Assembly (NCBI GenBank): GCA_040235515.1
Contig: JBECKX010000143.1
Location: forward strand, 1 to 48,120
Length of the DNA stretch: 48,120 nt
Direction of reading: 5' to 3'
Source: Candidatus Zixiibacteriota bacterium
GTDB lineage: Bacteria > Zixibacteria > MSB-5A5 > CAIYYT01
Part shown: positions 29,428-39,006 of the stretch, piece by piece
Numbering within the stretch: position 1 is the first letter of the stretch
Layout: each line of letters opens with the position of its first letter
The notes under the pieces: generated by a model
Database searches by the model: none
Seen by the model: only the letters and a program-made list of their open reading frames with translations
What the model was told of the DNA's origin: nothing
Position numbers and translations under genes: made by a program

Positions 29428-31167
29428 TTATTTCTTCTTGGGTAGTGCTACTCTGAACTCAGTAAACTTACCCGGTTCGCTGGTTACAGAAATATCGCCG
29501 CCGTGACTTTCGATGATCCGCTTACAATTGGAGAGTCCGAGGCCGTGTCCATGCTTCTTGGTGGAGAAGTGGGGCTCGAAGACTTTCTGCAGGTTGGCGG
29601 CATCGATTCCACAACCGGAATCACGAACGGTTGCTACGACCATGTTGTTCTCGGTCCGGGTCGTGATGCGAATCTCCAGTTTGCCGTCGGAACCATCGAG
29701 GGCGTCGGCAGCGTTGTAGAGCAGGTTAAGAAACACCTGCTGGATCTGGCCGACATCGAGGTCGCAATCGGGGAGATCGGGGCTCATTCTGACTACAAAA
29801 CCGACATTTTTGAAGCGTGGCTGTGATTTGATCGTGAAGAGCAAATCGTCAATCAGGTGATTGATGTTGTATGCCACCAGCTCCTGATCGAGTTTGGAAA
29901 GATCCATCAGGTTGTCGGTAAAGCGCTTGATCTTGTCGATGTTCTCAAGAATCGCGTGCAGCGACTTGCTCAGTTTTTCCGGTTCGTTCTTTTCGAGACG
30001 CACCTGCATCAACTCAGCATTGTTGGAGATGATCGCCAGGAAGTTGTTGAGTTCATGACCGATCGAAGCGGCCATCTCACCTTTGGCGATCAGTTTTTCC
30101 GAGACGGTTACGTAGTTTTCGAGAATCGTTTTCTCGGTGATATCTTCGATCACGATGATCAGGCCTCTGCCGTTGGCATCGGCGCTCTCGAGCGGTGAGA
30201 ACTTGGCAGAGATAACTTTCTCTTCCTCGCCGATCGCGATGTAACAGCGGGGGAGGTCCTCGGAGATACTCTGGTTGAGAACATGCTGCATCGCCTGTTC
30301 CCAGCGCATGGTGTTGTTTTCGTCGAGGAAGCCGAGGAAGTCGGCGCCGCGTTCGCATGGTTTTCCGAAGATGCGCTCCGCGGAGGAGTTCATCGTAATG
30401 ATTTCGAGCTTGTTGTTCAGCACCACCAACCCGACCGGCGTGTTGGTGACGATGTTTTCGTTAAAGCGTTTGAGCCGCAGGATATGTTCGTAGAGGCGCG
30501 AGTTGTTGATCGCGATTGCGGCCTGGGTCGCGAAGAGCTCGAAGAGCACGAGGTCGCTCTCGAGGAAGAGGCGGCCTTCGCTGGAACTGTCGAGGTAGAT
30601 TACCCCAATGACCTTGTTCTCGATTTTTAGCGGAACGCAGACGATCGAGCGCAGGTTGAGGCTCTGGATCGACTCCTGGTTCGCAAAACGGCTATCGTTT
30701 TGCGCATCGGAGGTATGGTCTGACTTACCGGTTTTCGCCACGCGGTTGGCCACGGATTGCGAATACTTGAAGTCCTCCTGCATCAACTCTTCTTTGCAGA
30801 GGTTGTAGACAGTCCGGAACTGCAGCTTGTTATCCTCATCGAGCAGCATGAGGAAGCCACGTTCGGCCTGCAGCAGCTCGATCGCTCGTTTCATAACGAT
30901 CTGGAGGATTTCGTCCGTGACGAGTGAACTGTTCACCAGAGCGGCGATCTCAAGCAGGGCCCGGTAATTGTTGTTCGCCTCTCCACCGCCTTTGTCGGTG
31001 CGCAGGGAGGGTCGATTTTTCATGAGATCGTCAACCGCGTTTTGTCCTTCGCTGAGAAAATCACGCGACTTGGCGGACCCTTTTTTGCGGTCAGGAGCTT
31101 CGTCGACCGGAATGATAAACTTGTCAGTCCGCTCCAAACCTTTCGAGTCTCTTGGCTTAAATGGCAT
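29428..31167 (-). CDS. GAF-PAS sensor histidine kinase
   Basis: GAF (RSIVCVPL..IGVIYLD), PAS, HELNN, N/G1/F/G2 boxes; ATG 31167 fits GAGG RBS. Confidence 0.93.
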   Translation of the reverse strand: MPFKPRDSKGLERTDKFIIPVDEAPDRKKGSAKSRDFLSEGQNAVDDLMKNRPSLRTDKGGGEANNNYRALLEIAALVNSSLVTDEILQIVMKRAIELLQAERGFLMLLDEDNKLQFRTVYNLCKEELMQEDFKYSQSVANRVAKTGKSDHTSDAQNDSRFANQESIQSLNLRSIVCVPLKIENKVIGVIYLDSSSEGRLFLESDLVLFELFATQAAIAINNSRLYEHILRLKRFNENIVTNTPVGLVVLNNKLEIITMNSSAERIFGKPCERGADFLGFLDENNTMRWEQAMQHVLNQSISEDLPRCYIAIGEEEKVISAKFSPLESADANGRGLIIVIEDITEKTILENYVTVSEKLIAKGEMAASIGHELNNFLAIISNNAELMQVRLEKNEPEKLSKSLHAILENIDKIKRFTDNLMDLSKLDQELVAYNINHLIDDLLFTIKSQPRFKNVGFVVRMSPDLPDCDLDVGQIQQVFLNLLYNAADALDGSDGKLEIRITTRTENNMVVATVRDSGCGIDAANLQKVFEPHFSTKKHGHGLGLSNCKRIIESHGGDISVTSEPGKFTEFRVALPKKK

Positions 31168-31456
31168 GGTCAATTCCTCATACGCCAGGTCTATTGAATA
31201 AAACTGTTATGTACTCTGCGTCTATCTTTGCGTCCTGCTGACAGGTACAGTAATACCAGTGCTGACTTGTCATCTAGGGTATCGGCTTTTTGCTACTTAA
31301 GTTAAGTCGTTATTGCCATTCGAGTCACATCGAAGCGGAGGCGAAAATTGTCAGTGGGAAGTGAGCGGGGGCTGATAGCAGCGTGGGTGGGGAGTTTTCA
31401 GCCTGGCGGCGGATACCGCAATGGCTTTAACACGCTGTGGGATAGATGGTTATGTA

Positions 31457-33169
31457 TCAGAAAGAATGTTGGCCGAGGATGCTGATGCGGAAATCATCAC
31501 TCGATCCGCCAAACGGTTTGGTTGCCTCCAGGCGGAGAGCCTTGAAGAACCAGATGCCGGCTCCGTAGTCGCCCTGCCAGCGATTATCAGTCAGGAAATC
31601 GGAGGAGTCGCCGGTGACACCCAAATCGAGGATGGCGGCAAAGGCGAAAATCGATTCGTCGGGCTGGAGGATCAGTTCCGTGTTCAGCAGGGCCGCTCGC
31701 GTGCCGTAGAATTCCTTGATTTTGTGGCCACGCAGAGTACGAATGCCGCCGAGGTAGAAGAGGCGATGGAGCGGGGGTGATCCGGTCACGGCGCCATACA
31801 GCGCTCGCGTATTGAGCGAGAGCTTGTGGATCAGCGGCTGGTAACGGCGCAGCTCCAGTCGGTAGCGGTCGTAGTTGAATTTAGAATCGATTCCCTCGGA
31901 AGAGTGCTGATAGAGGATCTGAGCATACCAGCCGTGTGGTTGCGGCTGGAGGAGATCGAAGGTGGAATTGAAGGTATAGCTGATCTCGAAGAGGGCTTCG
32001 TCGAGGGTGAAGCTATTCTGGCCGGCGGCACGTAACTGCTCCGGCAGGGAGGAGAAGTTGGAGCGGAAGCCGTGATCCCCCCCGAAGAGCGACCAGAGCC
32101 GTCGGTGCGCCGCGAGGGAGTCGCGTTCTTCGAACGAGAATTGCGCGCGCAGGTGGTGAACATACTTGTAGCTTTGTTCGACGTAGATCTTACCGCCTTC
32201 GCCATCCCAGTAGTCGCGGTAGTCTTCGGCATTGAGGAGGGCATAGAGCGTGTTTTCGTCACGACCGGCGCGCCAGTCGTCGTCGGTTCTCGATTGTCGG
32301 TAGGCTGATCCGCCGAAGATCAACTGGTTGTAGTCACCGATAGTCTCTTTGAAACCGAGTTCATACTTGCCACGTTCTGACTCGAGTCCGTAGCCGAAGT
32401 TGAAGAAGAAGGAGGGAACGTAGTTGTCGGGGGGATAGAATGCGATTCCTGCGCCGACCTCCAGTCCATCGACTCGATTGTAGCTGATATGGGGAGCCCA
32501 CTCAATCGGGTCGTTGCCATACTTGATGCGACGCCGTTTCACGATATCGGAGCGTTTCCATTTCTCGGTTGATTGGACGGCGCCATAGATGCGTGATTCG
32601 TGGCTGGTTTCGATTGCGCCTCCGACGGCGTAGACATCACGGTGGCAGATTCCCTTATCCTCCAACTTAACGTCACCGAACAGCGAGACGATATGCCCAT
32701 TAACTTCGCCGCGAATGGTGACATCCCCGGCGATCGAAATGAGGCTGCCGCGAACGAAGTCGCGCTCTACGATTTCGATCGGATGGAAGAGATTCACGAT
32801 ATCCGCACCGCCGCGCCTGATCTGTCGCGCGGAGAGTTCTTTCCGGACGAGTGTAAGATCATAGAAGCCTTCGCGATCACTAACCCCGCCTACGGAGAGG
32901 GTTGCGAGATTTTCGGAGAGTTTCCCGATCGTCAGAATCGAATCCGCGATGACTATTTCGCCTCGGAAGTTAACCCGGTTGTTGGTGACGTTGATCTCTT
33001 CGTAGCGGCAACTGGTAGCAGCGGACTTCTCCCCCTGAGTGATCCGGAGTTCACACGACTCCTTATTGAAGGAGATCGTGACTATTGTTCCCTCATCCGC
33101 CGTCGCGGTCGACCAGAGGAACAGGAGGGATAACGAGAGTGAGAGAAGTGTCCGTTTGATCATGTCCAT
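31457..33169 (-). CDS. Outer-membrane protein, BamA/TamA-like C-terminal barrel
   Basis: Signal peptide, short G-D-V repeats, YNRVDG, FYLGG..TLRG, terminal Phe; start uncertain. Confidence 0.7.
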   Translation of the reverse strand: MDMIKRTLLSLSLSLLFLWSTATADEGTIVTISFNKESCELRITQGEKSAATSCRYEEINVTNNRVNFRGEIVIADSILTIGKLSENLATLSVGGVSDREGFYDLTLVRKELSARQIRRGGADIVNLFHPIEIVERDFVRGSLISIAGDVTIRGEVNGHIVSLFGDVKLEDKGICHRDVYAVGGAIETSHESRIYGAVQSTEKWKRSDIVKRRRIKYGNDPIEWAPHISYNRVDGLEVGAGIAFYPPDNYVPSFFFNFGYGLESERGKYELGFKETIGDYNQLIFGGSAYRQSRTDDDWRAGRDENTLYALLNAEDYRDYWDGEGGKIYVEQSYKYVHHLRAQFSFEERDSLAAHRRLWSLFGGDHGFRSNFSSLPEQLRAAGQNSFTLDEALFEISYTFNSTFDLLQPQPHGWYAQILYQHSSEGIDSKFNYDRYRLELRRYQPLIHKLSLNTRALYGAVTGSPPLHRLFYLGGIRTLRGHKIKEFYGTRAALLNTELILQPDESIFAFAAILDLGVTGDSSDFLTDNRWQGDYGAGIWFFKALRLEATKPFGGSSDDFRISILGQHSF

Positions 33170-33298
33170 AAGTTGAGAATCGGCTGAACCAGATATCCTT
33201 TCCAGTTCATATTCTTTAGACGGCAATAAGTTGGTTCCTGTAAGAAGCGCAACGTAGAAATCACGCCGCCACCGTGGCTAAACCGCCAATGAGTTGTT

Positions 33299-33844
33299 TC
33301 ACCTGAGGAGATCGGGGAAGCGTTGTTTAAAATCGGCAATTGCCTGGAGATGAGCAGCGAATGCGATATTCTGAGGAATCTCAGCTTTCGAAAAGAAACA
33401 CGCGGCAGCGGCATCATCCCCGGCCTTGAGCGTGCCACCGGTAACTTCGCAGAGGAAGAGAACCAGAATCGCGTTCGTACGCGGATCATCGGTACCGGAG
33501 TAGACCTCAAAGAGTTCACCGGCCTTGATCAGCAACCCGGTTTCTTCTTCGATTTCGCGCTCGGCGCAGCGGCGGGGAGATTCGTTCCACTCCATAAAGC
33601 CGGCGGGGATGCACCAATCGTCTTTGTAGGGGTCTTGCGCGCGTTTGACCAGCAGGAGCCTGCCATCCTGAACGATCATTGCACCGGCGGCGGGTGCGGG
33701 GTTGTGAAAATCGACGAAGCCGCACTCGGGACAGACCTTGCGTTGTCGATGGTCATAGCCGGTGACCTGCAATTCGCTTCGGCAAAGCGGGCAATAGATG
33801 AAACTAGAGATTGGGTGTTTAGTCTGCTTGTAATGCTTGGTCAT
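33299..33844 (-). CDS. NUDIX hydrolase with N-terminal Zn ribbon
   Basis: CPLC..CPEC; Nudix box GFMEWNESPRRCAEREIEEETG. Confidence 0.92.
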   Translation of the reverse strand: MTKHYKQTKHPISSFIYCPLCRSELQVTGYDHRQRKVCPECGFVDFHNPAPAAGAMIVQDGRLLLVKRAQDPYKDDWCIPAGFMEWNESPRRCAEREIEEETGLLIKAGELFEVYSGTDDPRTNAILVLFLCEVTGGTLKAGDDAAAACFFSKAEIPQNIAFAAHLQAIADFKQRFPDLLR

Positions 33845-36080
33845 GGTCCGAGCCGATACTTCCAATTTTCAGGACAACGAGGGTCATGTCATCCTGCAGT
33901 TCTGATTTGACGGCGAATCGGCGCACGTCGTCGAGAATATGTTTCTGAATCTCGGCTGCGCTCAGATGCTTGTGCCGGTGCAACATCTCTAGTACACGCG
34001 CTTCGCCATATTGTTCGTCTCGTTCGTCGACTGCTTCGTTGAGCCCGTCGGTGTAGAGGAGCAGGACATCATTTTCCTCCAACCTGACTTCCCCCTGCTC
34101 GTAGCTGACTCCACCAAATGCGCCGAGGAGAAGTCCGCCCTCTTCGAGGTATTTCACCCCGTTCTTCTCAGAGACGAGGATCGGGTAATTGTGCCCGGCG
34201 TTGGCGTAACGCAGCGTGAGGTTGTTGGGGTCGAAGTCGGCGAAGAAAAGGGTCGCGAATTTGTCGGACATCTCCTCCTGCTGCACCAATTCGTTGACGT
34301 TACTGAGCATTTGGGCGAGGGGTACATCGTGGCGCACTTCGGTCCTCACAGCGGCCTGGATCTGGCTGATCAGCAGGGCTGCCGGCATGCCCTTACCGGA
34401 GGCATCCGCGATGACGAAAGCGCAGGTGCCCCGAGGGGTATCGATGAAATCGAAGTAATCCCCTCCCACCTGAAGTGACGGATCGGAGTAGGCGGAGAAC
34501 TGGTATCTCGGACCCACCGGAAACTGCTTCGGCAGGAGTTGCTGCTGGATAGCGCGTGCAAAGTTCATTTCCTCATCGAGGCGTTGCTTTTCGAGCGATT
34601 CCTGATAGAGTCGCGAGGTGGTAATCGCCAGCGATAGTTGGTCGGCGATGGTGGAGATGGTAGTGACATCCTCGAAATTGAGGCGATAGCCGGAAATTTT
34701 GTCGGAGACCGCCAGGCAGCCGAGGAATTCCTCTGCCGAGACGAGGGGCGTTATGAATCGCACGCGACGTCGGGCGAGGGAAATCAGGAACTCAGAATTG
34801 GGAAACTGGCCCAGTAGTTCATCGATGTTATTCACGCCGCCACGACGCGCGATTTCTTTCATCAGGTTTTCATCCACAGCGACGATGGGGAGTTCTTCAT
34901 TGCCCTCCTTCTGAGAGATGCAGCGGAGGTTGCCGTCGCCGCGTTCGCAGACGAAGATCATGACGGTTTCGAGCAACAACTGGACCTTGAGCACATCGTA
35001 GGCGAGGGCGAAGATCTCCTCCAGTTCGAACACCGATGCGACTTTGCGGGAGAAGGTTTGCGAGACGTTGCGGAAGTCGCCTTTGTCGCGGATGAAGAAG
35101 CGTCGGATCAAATCGTCGATCTGGCTCATCACCGGCTGGAAGAGGATCAATGCGACGATGATCAGCACGATATCGAGGCCGGGGACATTGTATCCGAAGA
35201 GGTACTCGACGATTTTTTCGAACTGCCGGATGATCAGAACGTAGGCGCCGACGACGAGGGCGGAGGTAATCGTATAGACCAGCGATTGCCGCACGATCAG
35301 GCGGACATCCATGAAGCGGTAGCGAATGATGGCCCAGATGATCGAACCGGCGCCGATGATGAGTGCGAGGATCGTGAAGGTGTTTTGCCAGGTGATATTG
35401 AGTTCCCAGATCCCGAGTGCCGGCAGGATAAAGGCTATGACATAGAAGACCAGAGCCGTGATGATACCATAGATGACGACGATTACCTGTTTGCGCAATT
35501 GTTGCGCCATCACCCGATTGGTGGCCTGGTAGAGGATGATCGCGGCCAGGATGACGTAGGCGAGGTTTACGGTCGAGAAGAGCTGGATATGGCGATCGAG
35601 CAGTGCCGAGAATACGGTGCCGAGGATGATCGCCACCGGCTCGAGCGGTTCGAGGATTGCTTTGCCGACAGTCCCCATCTGCTGCGGATCGAAGAGTTCG
35701 ATCAGGCGGTCGGGGTCGGCGAAAACGGTCGTCAGCAGCAGGTGAAAAACGTGCGGGACGAAGATGATATATTTGAGCCGTTTGAAGCGGTTGTAGAACC
35801 GTGATTCTTTCGGGAATACGAGAGCGAAGAAGACGAGCTGAGGAAAGAAGAGTTCCCAGATATAGACGATGTTATAGATCCCGCTCCGCGCGGGGATGAC
35901 TTCGCCGGAGAAGATTCCGAGGCCGTAGAAGAGGGGTCCGCAGGCAGCGAAGCCGAACATCAGGGCCGTGATGCGATTGATACGTTTCCGGGGGTCTTCC
36001 CGGAAGATCAGGAAGGCAATAATGAACAGCAGCGTGGCGCAGGCCAGGTAGATTACGGCTATAGCCAACTGGAGATTCAC
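33819..36080 (-). CDS. Multi-TM sensor + GAF + SpoIIE/PP2C phosphatase (RsbU-like)
   Basis: IQQQLLP, VGGDYFD, DASGKG, NAGH, YTDG, DDMT; many N-terminal TM helices. Confidence 0.92.
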   Translation of the reverse strand: MNLQLAIAVIYLACATLLFIIAFLIFREDPRKRINRITALMFGFAACGPLFYGLGIFSGEVIPARSGIYNIVYIWELFFPQLVFFALVFPKESRFYNRFKRLKYIIFVPHVFHLLLTTVFADPDRLIELFDPQQMGTVGKAILEPLEPVAIILGTVFSALLDRHIQLFSTVNLAYVILAAIILYQATNRVMAQQLRKQVIVVIYGIITALVFYVIAFILPALGIWELNITWQNTFTILALIIGAGSIIWAIIRYRFMDVRLIVRQSLVYTITSALVVGAYVLIIRQFEKIVEYLFGYNVPGLDIVLIIVALILFQPVMSQIDDLIRRFFIRDKGDFRNVSQTFSRKVASVFELEEIFALAYDVLKVQLLLETVMIFVCERGDGNLRCISQKEGNEELPIVAVDENLMKEIARRGGVNNIDELLGQFPNSEFLISLARRRVRFITPLVSAEEFLGCLAVSDKISGYRLNFEDVTTISTIADQLSLAITTSRLYQESLEKQRLDEEMNFARAIQQQLLPKQFPVGPRYQFSAYSDPSLQVGGDYFDFIDTPRGTCAFVIADASGKGMPAALLISQIQAAVRTEVRHDVPLAQMLSNVNELVQQEEMSDKFATLFFADFDPNNLTLRYANAGHNYPILVSEKNGVKYLEEGGLLLGAFGGVSYEQGEVRLEENDVLLLYTDGLNEAVDERDEQYGEARVLEMLHRHKHLSAAEIQKHILDDVRRFAVKSELQDDMTLVVLKIGSIGSDHDQALQAD

Positions 36081-36100
36081 GTCTCCTCCTGCTGACGCTG

Positions 36101-36526
36101 TTATTTCAGTTTCTTGATCAGGATAACCCGGGTGCCGCCACCGTTGGCCTGCTCGATATCAACCTGATCCATCAGATTCTTAACGATAAAGATACCCCGA
36201 CCAACTTCGCGCATGAGATTGGCATCGTCCACCGGGTTGGCGACTTCCTCGGGGTTGAAGTATTTGCCCTGATCGGTGACGGTGATGGTCACTTCATCAG
36301 AGGCAAACGCCATCTCGAGAGTTACGGTCTTGCTACGGTCATCCTTATTTCCATGGATGATCCCGTTATTTACGACCTCGGTGGCGCAGATAGCGATGTC
36401 GGCAATAATCGAGTCATCGACATTGCGGTCGCGTAAACGTGATTCGACGAATTCGTCGACCTTTGCGATCAAGTTTTGATCGGAAGGTATGACAATCTTG
36501 TTGTCGTGGATCTCCGGTTCTTTCAT
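36101..36526 (-). CDS. Anti-sigma factor Ser kinase (RsbW-like)
   Basis: EVVNNGIIHGN, DQG, GRGIFIV. Confidence 0.92.
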   Translation of the reverse strand: MKEPEIHDNKIVIPSDQNLIAKVDEFVESRLRDRNVDDSIIADIAICATEVVNNGIIHGNKDDRSKTVTLEMAFASDEVTITVTDQGKYFNPEEVANPVDDANLMREVGRGIFIVKNLMDQVDIEQANGGGTRVILIKKLK

Positions 36527-36547
36527 CCAGATAGCCTGCCGCTTCTT

Positions 36548-36886
36548 CTACTTAACGGCAGCTATAGCCTCGTCGGTCGAATCGTAAGCATCGAAGACGG
36601 TGACCAGCTTGGTGATTGTCAGGAGAGATTTGATTTTTTCGGTAACGTTGGAGAGTTTCAGTTCTCCGCCCGATTCTTTGACGGTCTTGAGGCAGGAGAT
36701 CATGATACCGAGGCCCGTGGAGTTCATCCAGTCAACTTCGGCGAGGTCGATGACGACGCGCTTCTTATCCTCATTGACGTAGTCGCGGATCGATTCTTTG
36801 AGAGCGGTGGCATCCGGCCCGCCCATGATTTTGCCCTTAGGCTCCAGAATGACGACTCCGTCCTGTTCACGGCTAGAAAGTTTCAT
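36548..36886 (-). CDS. STAS anti-sigma antagonist (RsbV-like)
   Basis: VVIDLAEVDWMNSTGLG, LLTITKL. Confidence 0.94.
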   Translation of the reverse strand: MKLSSREQDGVVILEPKGKIMGGPDATALKESIRDYVNEDKKRVVIDLAEVDWMNSTGLGIMISCLKTVKESGGELKLSNVTEKIKSLLTITKLVTVFDAYDSTDEAIAAVK

Positions 36887-36995
36887 AGCATCCTTCCCTA
36901 AGCGAGGGTCTATAACGAATTAGAGTTTGCGGCTTTTCGGCATGAGCCAACGATCTATAGATAGACGTGGTTCAGCGCCAAGACTTTAGCTGTTT

Positions 36996-37024
36996 AGATT
37001 ACGAAAATTGCCTGATTGTGTCAA
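36996..37024 (-). promoter_or_regulatory. Sigma70 promoter of the partner-switching operon
   Basis: Minus strand TTGACA-17-TAATCT. Confidence 0.7.
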
Positions 37025-37065
37025 TTAAATAAGGGGGAGAGGGGTAGTGTCCTAATTTGACGCTT

Positions 37066-37743
37066 TTACATCCAAACTGACGGACGAGAAATCGTAAATT
37101 CATCAGAAGCTCTAATGATGTCATTAGGAAGCTGACACTGGCGAAACTGTTTTTCTTCAACGAGTAGATACTTAAATGACGAATCTGCCAATTCCTTACT
37201 CCAGCGCCCAGGCGGCATTGCTACTATCACCCTCTTGTCAGTAAAGAGTTCCTTAACCTTCTGAATTGGGCTTCGCAGATCGCTATCACCAGAGACAACA
37301 ATTGCCGTACCAAATTTGTCAAAGAACGCATCTACTAGAAGGTCTGTAGCCAGATTCACGTCTGTCATTTTTTCGATTGGATGGTTGCTGATTTTCCCGC
37401 AGTGTCTACACTCATATGGTTTGAATTGATATTGACCAAAAGAGATAGTAAGGTTTGTCTTGTATTGGTTACTGTTTTCGGCTAACGCCTCAAGATAGGC
37501 GTTTTGGCGAGCTGCTTTGGCTTTCTGCCTTCCTGTATCGCCAATTCTACTTGTGAAGTATCGAACAGCATCTATCATGCCGTCAGCTTGTATAAACTGT
37601 TGGGATTTAGCCTTTTGTAACAATTTGATTGAGAATCGCCATACATCAAGCCAGTAATATTTTCGCCATCCACTTTCCTTCATCGAAAAATAGACGTTGA
37701 ATCCGTCTATATAAACCCTGATCCGATTATTGTCTGGAAACAT
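37066..37743 (-). CDS. NYN domain (PIN-fold) protein
   Basis: YIDGFN, EKMTDVNLA, VSGDSD, CxxC. Confidence 0.92.
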   Translation of the reverse strand: MFPDNNRIRVYIDGFNVYFSMKESGWRKYYWLDVWRFSIKLLQKAKSQQFIQADGMIDAVRYFTSRIGDTGRQKAKAARQNAYLEALAENSNQYKTNLTISFGQYQFKPYECRHCGKISNHPIEKMTDVNLATDLLVDAFFDKFGTAIVVSGDSDLRSPIQKVKELFTDKRVIVAMPPGRWSKELADSSFKYLLVEEKQFRQCQLPNDIIRASDEFTISRPSVWM

Positions 37744-37819
37744 TTACTTATGTCCTTTGTTATACAATTGGTTGTAAAAAACTTATTGACAAGCTAAAGA
37801 ATAGGATATTAATTGACGA

Positions 37820-37903
37820 TGTAGGACATAGGATACATCCCCGAAGATCGCATCTTCGGGCTTAACGCCTAGTATCTTCACTGATTCTAGGCGTTTTTCT
37901 TTT
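37820..37903 (+). ncRNA. Candidate sRNA divergent from the NYN gene
   Basis: TTGACA at 37786 (weak -10); hairpin 37840-37860; terminator 37864-37903 with T-tract on + strand only. Confidence 0.4.
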
Positions 37904-38723
37904 ATATGTTGTCTAATAGCAATTCCTCCAGTCCCCATATCCTGTTAGAAATTCCAGCCGCCATAGCGGGCGTTATTCTGAGTGTGTTATGAATTCGACA
38001 GAAGTTGTAGTATGCAAAGTGCAGAGCGATAGCTGATCTGAGATTCTCCAGCTTCTTACTGAAGGCGTTTGTTAGCCTTGTCATACGGCGTATTGACATC
38101 CGCCTGGTCAGATTGTTGCGCTCAATGTAGCTCGTGGTAACATGATCTGGGTTTGGCTTGCCCCAACGAATTTGCTTACTCACGGAAGTAACCTTTGGCG
38201 GGCCATACCTACCCGGGTCGATCGGCTCCGCTTCGTACGATTTTACAATTTGAGCAGAATCGACATTTGCGCCAAATGCTATGTCAATGGCGTCCACGTA
38301 GGCCTTTAGCTTGTCGGTTGAAATCTGGACGCGATTATTCAGCCGCTCGGATAGATCACCAACAAAGTCAACAGCGGTTTCAACCGTTCGTTTCCCAACC
38401 CTGTAAGTCGGGATTACCTTGGTGTCAGCATCCAGAGCGACAAAAGTCCAGAAATCGCTCTTCTCGGCTGGATCATCGTCCTTTCTTAGATGGCGTTGCT
38501 TTTTACCAACGTAGCACCAAATCTCATCAAGCTGGAGCCGTTGACAGGTGAGATTAGTCATTTCGGCATCCATAATCTGCTCGCAGTTAGAGCCAACGCG
38601 ATTGAGTAAGCGCATAACTGTGTCTCTGTGGACGCTTGTGATTCGCTCAGTAGCCCTGATTGAATTGCCGTCAACGAGACAGCGAATAACCGCTTCCTGC
38701 TTGGCTAATTTCAACTTATTCAT
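37902..38723 (-). CDS. IS1 family DDE transposase
   Basis: HTH (SIRATERIT.VHRDTV), LDEIW, ISTD, IERNN..R; single ORF. Confidence 0.92.
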   Translation of the reverse strand: MNKLKLAKQEAVIRCLVDGNSIRATERITSVHRDTVMRLLNRVGSNCEQIMDAEMTNLTCQRLQLDEIWCYVGKKQRHLRKDDDPAEKSDFWTFVALDADTKVIPTYRVGKRTVETAVDFVGDLSERLNNRVQISTDKLKAYVDAIDIAFGANVDSAQIVKSYEAEPIDPGRYGPPKVTSVSKQIRWGKPNPDHVTTSYIERNNLTRRMSIRRMTRLTNAFSKKLENLRSAIALHFAYYNFCRIHNTLRITPAMAAGISNRIWGLEELLLDNI

Positions 38724-38757
38724 TGACACCAATCCTCCGATAAGGTATTATAAACAC

Positions 38758-38861
38758 TGGACGGCAGGGGTATCGAGCCCCTCAGGATCGAATGTAAACT
38801 CCGCTCTGGCAACCATTGCGCCGCCCAAGCTTGGCCCTCGTCTAGTCACGAGGGCTTTTTT
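38758..38861 (+). ncRNA. Candidate antisense sRNA over the transposase leader
   Basis: TTGACA(38723)-17-TATTAT(38746); terminator GCCCTCGT/ACGAGGGC-T6 (38834-38861); no ORF inside. Confidence 0.6.
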
Positions 38862-38871
38862 CTTCTGACCT

Positions 38872-38982
38872 TATATATACTACTCAACCCCCCTTGTCAA
38901 TAAAAAAAGGAATAGACGGCGCCATAAAAATATCGTTTTATGGCAGTTTGTTATTGACACTCTGTTGTGGTGCGCATATCTT
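38872..38982. promoter_or_regulatory. Divergent promoters with central palindrome
   Basis: Minus TTGACA(38900)-17-TATATA; plus TTGACA(38954)-17-TATCTT; GCCATAAAA/TTTTATGGC at 38921-38944. Confidence 0.65.
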
Positions 38983-39006
38983 CATGCTAAGCTTAAGGAG
39001 TTTACG

